A DNA stretch of 64,000 bases. It comes from Antechinus flavipes. Taxonomy: Eukaryota. The notes under the pieces were generated by a model. The model searched no databases and was not told where the DNA came from. It worked only from the letters and a program-made list of their open reading frames with translations. The stretch spans positions 112,096,001 through 112,160,000 of the forward strand of contig NC_067401.1 in the NCBI RefSeq assembly GCF_016432865.1. The letters are read 5' to 3'. Below, one piece after another: positions 54,700-64,000 of this stretch (positions are counted from its first letter, which is position 1; the number at the start of each line of letters is the position of its first letter). Made by a program: the position numbers and the translations under genes.

Positions 54700-56450
54700 A
54701 CGAGTGGAGATTTCAGTCCGAGAGATACACGGGGAGCCGGTAGGACCAATCGCCCACCTCTCCCCAAAAGATTAATTCTTTGCACTCAAAATAAAAAACC
54801 CATAAGGAAATAAAGTAAGGGGCGTGGGCTACTTCGTCCCACGACTCCTCAGATCTCTCCTTGCTGAAACCCTGACTGAGTCCTAGCTCAGAAGAGAAGA
54901 GGCCCCAAGGAGATCCTAAGGCTGGAAAGGGAGAATGCCGCGGCCCCCAATTACCCACCCCCCCCGCGGCCTTCTCTTCAGGAACAGGGTTATAAAAAGG
55001 GAAGAAGGGGGAGCCCTACCTCAGGCCCGGCCCAGACCGCGCTCGCTCCCTCGCGCTCTCTCCACCCCCCAGGCCCGAGCCGCATGGCCCCCCCCGGCCA
55101 CCCCGCGCCCCGCCCGGCCACGCTCCCAAATCTAGGCCCCGGCTCCGGCGCGGCCCAGTAGGCCGCAAGCCCGACCATAAACAAAACCCCGGCGGCTGGC
55201 CCAGAGTGGCGGGGGTGGGGGAGGTGGGGGAGCCTGGGGCCCGCGCGACTGGAGGGGGGGGGCACAGCGCGCGGAGGGGGGGGAGGGGAAGCCCGCACCG
55301 CGCGAGGTGGGGGGGGGCAGCTGCTGGGAGAAGGGGCCACCGCGGGAGGAGAGAAAANNNNNNNNNNNNNNNNNNNNNNNNNNNNNNNNNNNNNNNNNNN
55401 NNNNNNNNNNNNNNNNNNNNNNNNNNNNNNNNNNNNNNNNNNNNNNNNNNNNNNNNNNNNNNNNNNNNNNNNNNNNNNNNNNNNNNNNNNNNNNNNNNNN
55501 NNNNNNNNNNNNNNNNNNNNNNNNNNNNNTTCTCTCTCCACCCCCCCCTCTTTTTCCTCTCGCGCTCGTTCTCGCGCCTTTCCCCTCCCACTCTCCTTCC
55601 TTCCTCCCTCAGCACGTGACACGCAAAGAGGCGCGCGCCCGTCGTCCTGCCACGAGCCACCTTCTCCAGATTCGTGAGACAGCCTCCTCCGGTCACGTGA
55701 CTTGCTCAAGCCCTCCTTTTCCTCCTACTCTCGGAGGCCCGCCTTCCTCTCACGGGCTTTCTCTTTCCACCTTGCCAGTGTCACGTGCCAAGAAAGAAAA
55801 GGAACTCGTCACACTTCCCTCCGCCCTCTTTCCCTTCCCGTCCTCAGTCTCCCCCCATCCCCCCCAGCCTTAGTCCCAGTGCTCCCCCCCGGCCGCCATG
55901 TTTTCTGACAAGGCCCGGCTTTGGCTTCCCCCATAAGACATGGCCACGGAGTACCAAAGAAACGTAGGGCCGTCGCTACTACGGAGCCCGAGCTAACGAA
56001 GCTGGAGGGAGGCCATGGCGTCAGGCAGTAACTGGCTATCGGGAGTAAATGTTGTGCTGGTGATGGCCTACGGGAGCTTGGTGAGGAGACGACCCCCGCC
56101 CCCAGAGCTAGCCCGGAGGCCGGCCATCCACGCCCATTCCCAGTTCCTCTCGTGCGGTGTCCCCAGCTTGCTGACCCGCCCCCCACCCCCACCCCCACCC
56201 CCCCGCCCCGAGGGAAGACCCAAGCCTGCTTCTCCGGAAGCCGGAGTGGGGGGTTCAAGGAGCCGGAGCTGCCGCGGGGCTCAATGGGGTGTCCCAGAGC
56301 CTCTCCGCAGCCGCCCATCTTTCCCGCCAGGTATTCGTGCTGCTGTTCATTTTTGTGAAGAGGCAGATCATGCGATTTGCTATGAAGTCTCGAAGAGGCC
56401 CTCATGTCCCCGTGGGGCACAACGCCCCCAAGGTGGGTTTCTCCTCAAGC
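54700..56450. promoter_or_regulatory. Bidirectional CpG-island promoter shared by UBAP2L (-) and C1orf43 (+)
   Basis: GC- and CpG-rich between head-to-head genes. E-boxes CACGTG at 55613-55618, 55694-55699 and 55782-55787; YY1-like GCCGCCATGTTTT at 55892-55904. A candidate UBAP2L non-coding exon 1 donor GAG|GTAGGG lies at 55020/55019 (lower confidence). Confidence 0.85.
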
Positions 56451-59400
56451 CATGTTTGCTTGGTGAGGTAGGAGTTTCTCGATCTCTGGGCTATGTCTTT
56501 TAATTTACTTACGGTCTATCCACTTTCTCTAATTTGGATCTGTGGAAAGACCTCGGGGCTTCGGGAATTCGGATCCCTTGTGTGTGGATATCTGGTTGCT
56601 CAGTGCCAGTGCTGAGTGGTTCTGGATGGTTTGGGGCTCTGGGTTGAAGCCACAGACCAGCAGTCAGGATCTGTGCTTGCTTCCTGTTCCTGACCCCGTT
56701 GTTTATGGCCTTCCCTAGAGATTACTGCATTTTCAAGTTGGTGGGAGGTAGAGAATAAGCCAAACCGAGAAGATACATTTTCCCAAGCTTTTTTCTCCTC
56801 CATGGGAGCAGGATCTGAAGGAAGAGATTGACATCCGACTATCCAAGGTCCAGGATGTAAAGTATGAACCCCAGCTTCTTGAAGAGGATGATGCTAGACT
56901 TTTGCAGTTGGAGACACCAGGAAATCAACGTATGGGGCGAGTTTTCCACCTTGGGAATGAGTGAATTTGGGAAGTCAAGGGAGGGAAGTGCTGGCGGGCT
57001 CAGAATTTTATTTTCTGGGGGCTGAGGGAAATGCTAGGAAGTCTGAGAAAGTAAATTTAATAATGAAAGGATTATGGTGTGGGGATGATTGGAGTGGTAT
57101 TGATTCAAGTAATTATCTTTACAGATTGCTACAATTACCTATACAGGATGAAAGCATTGGATGCCATTCGTGCCTCTGGTAAGGTTCAGTCAGGTATGGG
57201 GAGGTCTCTTTAGGAATTCCTTTTCTCCAGATAGAGAAGAAATTTAAGACTCACACCATGGAGATAAGAATAAATTTGGTTTCTCTATACTTGGACTGAC
57301 CTGTGTTAGGAACTCCTGTGAGTATAGAGAATGTTTCCTTCCATTAGGGAAATGAGTTAATAAGGAAATGAATTCTCCTTAGAGATGTTTTGCCAGTGGT
57401 TGCTTTTTGTTTCTGTTTTGTTTTTTGATTGGTAGGATGGAAGCAGGAATTTTCTTGTTTCTCTTTCAGCTCAGATTAAGGCAAAGCCAGATAGGTGATC
57501 CAGTGGATCACTGTACCTGAAGTCAGGAAAATCAGTTCAAATCCATTTTCAAACATTTAGTAAATTATGAGCCTGAGCAAGTCACTTAATATTTTCCAGC
57601 CTTAGTTTCCTCAGTAAAATGGGAATAATAGTAACATCTTCTACTTTGGGTGGTTGTGAGAATCAGATGAGATATTTGCAAATCTTTTTGCAAAACTTAA
57701 AAGAGCTACATAAATGTTAGCTTGTTATTACTTTTAAACTCATACATTATATGACTTTAAGGGCTCATACAATGTTATTACTAGAAAAGAATAAACATCT
57801 AATCTTATTTATTTTATAAATAAAGAAACTTGGTTAGAAATATGAAGTGAAGGTCATAGGCTAACTAGTGAATGGTAAAAACTGAGTTTCTTTTTTTTTT
57901 TTAACTGAATTTCTTGACTCTTTGTCTACTACTTAACAATCACCTTTGCTGCCTTCTTTAGAGGTAAAAGCACATAGTCCTTAGGAAAAGCATCTGTAAG
58001 GATAATTAATCCAGCCCTATAATCTGTCCAAAAGAAATGAAGGAAGGAAAGCTTAAGAGAAAGAAATATTTGCATTGTCCTAATGTTCAGAAGTAGATAA
58101 ATCTTGGAGTAGAGAAAAGGAATGTTTTAACAAAGAAAGAAGAGATATCCCAAATCATTATGTTCTGGACCCTAACTTGAATTTTGTATGCCTTGAGTCT
58201 TAAATCCTGTGTTACCCATAACTAATCAGACTGAGAAGTGGTCAGAAGAGCAGATAAAGGAAGAAATAGATTGGGCCAAAGCTTGGGCCAAAGCTATAAC
58301 AAGTTTATCCATATATACTTCCTAAAAAAATACTCATAGACTCAAAGGACATAAAATAGATAAATGATGTTGAAGAATAGGTCATTCCTTTTATGTAATC
58401 CACCATTTGCTACCATTATCAAACAGTTGTTGAGACCTAGGTGTCTGGTTTCTGTTGCTGCCTCCAAAATTCCTAATTTAGAAGTAATTGGAGGGGCATT
58501 CTCTTGGCAGGAAATACATGGAAAAAAATTTTTATCATGTTCTTGACTTTTCAGAGATCCCGTTCCATTCGGAAGGCCGGCATCCTCGTTCCTTGATGGG
58601 CAAGAACTTCCGCTCCTATCTGTTGGAGCTTCGAAATACAAGTACCCCCTTCAAGGGTGTCCGCAAAGCTCTCATTGATACCCTGCTAGATGGCTATGAG
58701 ACAGCTCGATATGGAACAGGCGTAAGTCAGTTGATTTTTCTGCTACAGGTGGATTTTCTTTAATTTCAAGTGGGAAGGGTAGAAAATGGAGCTTTAAAGA
58801 TCCTTATTCTCTTTTTCCTCCTCAGGTCTTTGGCCACACTGAATATCTACACTATCAGGAAGCACTGAGTGAACTGGCTGCCGCGTGAGTCCTGGGTAAA
58901 ACATGTCAAAGTGGGGCTGGTTTCATGTTCTCTTTTTTTCTTTCTTCCATTAGCCATCACCCAAAAGTAAAACAGATGAAATACCTGTGATGCCAAGCAA
59001 CTCAGAGTTGTATCTTTATGTATTTTTGTATACAACTCAGAACTGGAAGGCACCTTAATAATCATTTGCTCTAACCCCTTCATTTGACAGATGAAGAGAC
59101 TGACAGAAGTGATTTGATCAAAGCTACTTAGTAATAGACCTAAGATTCAAACCCAACTCTTCCCATTTCCAAAGTCAGTGTTTTTGTCTTATTCCAAACT
59201 GCTCCTCTCTTCCTTTCTCTCATCTCAGAATAAAAGCTATTTTTCAAGCTAAAGAAAAATTCCCCTAATGCTGGCACATAAACCTTTGTTTAATCTAGTT
59301 CAGTATAATTCCCTATTCCCCAAAACCTTTATGATTATTGCTATCTTTTTTTTATTTTTATCATAGTTTCAACTTAAGTCACAGCCATCCTTAGTATCTA

Positions 59401-60992
59401 ATCTTAGTAGCAACCCCATTAGACTCAAGAGGCAAAAACATCATAGGTAAGCATAGTTAAGTTATTTTAGAGAAGGGAACTCCAAAGTTTGGTTGATTCT
59501 TCTTGATTGATTTGGAATATGTTGTTCCCCTATATGCTTTAGATGTAGTTTGGTTATGTTAGACTTGTACAAATGTTCCAATGAAATGTTCTGGATGGTA
59601 ATGGCAAATAACTCTCAGATTTTAAATTAGCATTGTTAATATAGAGCTAACTATATAGAGAAATACATTAAGTTCCCTTCTGTCTTAAAATTTAATTTGG
59701 GTTTTTCCTAAAGGACAGAAACGGATTGCATATCTCTTAACTGCTTTCTTTTTTTTGGTTTCTTGAAAAGAATTGTCTTGTTCTTTAAAAGAACACATAG
59801 TTATCACAAATAAAACATCAAAGTTAATGGAAATCAAGCAGCAAGTCTAGTAGATGTCAGCAAACCTATAAAATTCATTCTCTTGAATCTACAGAGTTTA
59901 GTTTTATTTTATATTGTTTTCATAAATTCTATCTAACAAAGGGACTCTTGAATGTGCTTGTTGCAGACAGAGAGACATTAAGTGGAAAGAGAACTGGATT
60001 TGGTTTCAGTAGTATATGGGTTTAGTATGTATGTTACTTTGGACAAATCACTTTTTCTTGGGCTTCATCAGATGGTCAGGAATCTAGATGACCTAACAGT
60101 TTCTATCTCTTATGGTCTCCAGTCCATAAGTGTTATTTGAGTGCCTTTTGTGTGCCAAGCATTGCTAGCACTAGAAAGGCTATACAAAAACAAAAGTGGA
60201 ACAGTGCCCCCAAAAAGTTTACATTCTATTGGAATGACAGAATTTACATACAGTATGTGGACAAAACTTAAGATAGTTTTGGGAAAGTGAGGGCTGGCAC
60301 CTTGGAGGTCTCTAGAAAAGCTTCTTATAGAAAGAAAATGATACTTGAGCTGAATTTTGAAAGAAATCAGAGATTCTAGCAGGAGGAAGAAAAAAGGGAG
60401 GGTATTCCACCCTTGGGAATAGCTAATGCAGTACAGACTTAGGATGCAAAGTATTGTTGAGGAAACACAACTCAGTCTGGATGGACTATAGAATAAATGG
60501 AGGGGAAAAGAATGTGCTGTGAATACTGGAAAAGTAGAGTGCTTGAGATCTTGGTGATTTGAATGGGAAGGGAGTATTTGGTTCAAAGCTTTTTGTAATA
60601 AGAAATAAAAATCTGGTAAGGGTATATTAGAAAAAAAAATGCTATGTGAAAACTAGGTTGAATTTTAGCAACTGGTATAGCTATTTGATGGCACAGACCA
60701 TTGGTTCATACTTAAATGAGTTAAATGAGCCCTGACCCATGACCTTTCTTCTCTTATGTTGCTCATAACTTATTCTTTCCTTGGATTCTTCAGTGTCAAA
60801 GTCCGTGGTGGGAACTCCCAGCGGCAGCATCAATCAGCAGCTAAGGATCTAACACAGTCTCCTGAAGTTTCCTCTCCAACAACCATCCAGGTCACCTATC
60901 TGCCCTCCAGCCAGAAGAGTAAAAGAGCGAAGCACTTCCTAGAGCTGAAGAGTTTTAAGGATAACTACAACACATTAGAGAGCACTCTCTGA
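56015..60992 (+). CDS. C1orf43: C1orf43 (NICE-3) protein, 7 exons, 254 aa
   Basis: Exons 56015-56080, 56331-56432, 56812-56929, 57125-57178, 58555-58721, 58826-58884, 60794-60992; GT-AG and phases chain. MASGSNWLSGVNVVLVMAYGSLVFVLLFIFVKRQIMRFAMKSRRGPHVPVGHNAPK...KSFKDNYNTLESTL* matches recalled human C1orf43. Confidence 0.97.
57480..57725 (+). mobile_element. MIR/CORE-SINE in C1orf43 intron 4
   Basis: tRNA-like head, gagcaagtcacttaa, agtttcctcagtaaaatggg and a MIR-like tail. Confidence 0.7.
60115..60590 (-). mobile_element. L2 fragment in C1orf43 intron 6
   Basis: tatttgagtgccttttgtgtgccaagcattgctag...gatacttgagctgaattttgaaagaa. Confidence 0.6.
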
Positions 60993-61638
60993 TTGAATTT
61001 GTGGATAGCCATAGCCAACATGGTTCCAGTAGAGACTTCAGTCTCAGTACCCAGGAATTTCCCCAAGACAAGAGAGAGAGTTGCACTGGGCAGCATTAAG
61101 ATCATTGTACCCAGAATTCTTGAAATGGGTACTTGGATATCTCCTTAGCTTATTATTCTGGTCTCTTAGAATTAAAGTTCCATGAGGCCGTCTTTCCCTC
61201 TGTAATAGCATTTTTATGGAGTTGAATCCACACGTTTTTCCTCTCTCTGTGTTACATCCTCCTTACCCCAACCTGTTTTGATCATGGTTATTTTTTTTGC
61301 CCTTTCCCAAAGTCAGTTTTATCCTAAATAGGTTAATGGGAGTGGGGGAGGGACACATGATGTTAGCAATGGAAACCACAAAGCCCCTATCCTACTCATA
61401 TGGATGGGGACTCTAGCTAGCCTATGGACATGTCATTTAAAGTTGTGGAATGAAAAAAGCAGACAGGAGGTAGGGGGTTATATATTTAAACCAAGCCCTG
61501 TTGAGATTTGTTTTGTGTTTGGTGTACACTGCCTTGCCCTTATTAAGATGTGGCTAAGGAAAACGGTTGTGATATAGGCACTAATTCCATATTCCCAAAA
61601 AGTCACTGCACTGGTATGACTTTATAAACTGGTTATTT

Positions 61639-61644
61639 AATAAA
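61639..61644 (+). terminator. C1orf43: Probable C1orf43 poly(A) signal AATAAA
   Basis: First AATAAA seen after the stop codon, ~650 nt downstream and just before the CFAP141 promoter. Confidence 0.6.
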
Positions 61645-61890
61645 AACAGCTTAAAAATAATCATATTACTACTGTTTACTGATTTCTTCTACCTATCTTG
61701 AGTATAGATGGGAAGGGGAGAGTGTGGGTATGTACACCTATGTGGGCATGATGGAGCTGATTCTCCTGAAATTATAATTTAATGGAGCTGTTTCTGGAAC
61801 TTAATATAAAGTTCTGAATTTGGGCCTGTGGCTCTTATTAATGTGGTGGGATCACTTTTAGAAGGCTAAAGAACTAGAATTCCCTTTCAG

Positions 61891-61963
61891 GTCTCCCAGG
61901 CAACAAGCCAGGTAACCAATCAGGGTCTAGGCCTAGGGCATAATTGGAGGCATGCCTAGTAAC
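61891..61963 (+). promoter_or_regulatory. CFAP141: RFX X-box-like cluster upstream of CFAP141
   Basis: GTCTCCCAGGCAAC 61891-61904, AAGCCAGGTAAC 61905-61916, GCATGCCTAGTAAC 61950-61963. Confidence 0.55.
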
Positions 61964-62016
61964 CAGGGTAATTGAGATCAGTGAGGGACAAAAACAAGAA
62001 GAGTTAACAGTCAAGA

Positions 62017-63668
<1,652 letters not shown>

Positions 63669-64000
63669 AGGCATCATAGGCATTGTCCCTTTTTCTCTAA
63701 CAGTTCATACTTCCCGGGCTCCCCAAGGCCTAGGATTTTTTTCCCTAGAATATGTCTAGGCTATTTGCCTAGAGCCAGACGTCCACTTCTCATCTATAAC
63801 CTTTTTTTTGTGTTGGTTTTTGTTTGTTTGTTTGTTTGTTTTTGGTAATGATGTATTAAAAGGCTGATGAGGCAAGAGTGACCTCTTGTGATCAATTCAG
63901 GGACTGTAATTCTGATGAATAATATTAGCTTGGGTGGGATAGAGGGGAATTGTTTGATGCAAACTATGAATGATTCTGGTTATTAATAGTTTAAATATGG

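Noticed and set aside
54935-56420. Many long Pro/Gly/Arg-rich ORFs on both strands
   Set aside because: These are the expected stop-codon scarcity of a CpG island, and several span an N-gap.
56015-56503. 162-aa ORF from the C1orf43 ATG
   Set aside because: It is read-through of GC-rich intron 1 (250 nt, frameshifting). The true frame resumes at 56331 after splicing.

Overview
Mammalian genomic DNA, very probably from an Australian marsupial (a WSINE1-like SINE, a MAR1 SINE, marsupial-type L1s and strong CpG depletion). It contains the conserved HAX1-UBAP2L-C1orf43-CFAP141(C1orf189) gene block. HAX1 is on the minus strand (7 exons, 277 aa). UBAP2L is on the minus strand (about 27 exons, three alternative last exons, one 60-nt cassette exon) and shares a CpG-island promoter with C1orf43 (plus strand, 7 exons, 254 aa). 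CFAP141 follows on the plus strand (4 exons, 116 aa). Exon boundaries were read by hand and the reading frames chain correctly. Two SNORA58-family H/ACA snoRNAs lie in UBAP2L introns 15 and 21. The most notable observations are: (1) a ~215-bp inverted copy of the UBAP2L exon 11 3' half, donor and downstream intron, lying 1 kb upstream in intron 10, which could base-pair over the 5' splice site; (2) the second snoRNA paralog, which shows compensatory stem changes; (3) a poly(A)-less L1 fragment with a perfect 14-bp target-site duplication; (4) all six HAX1 introns being multiples of 3 nt; (5) assembly N-runs that fall on the most conserved UBAP2L segments. Orthology calls and comparisons with human or mouse rest on recalled sequences; no searches were run.
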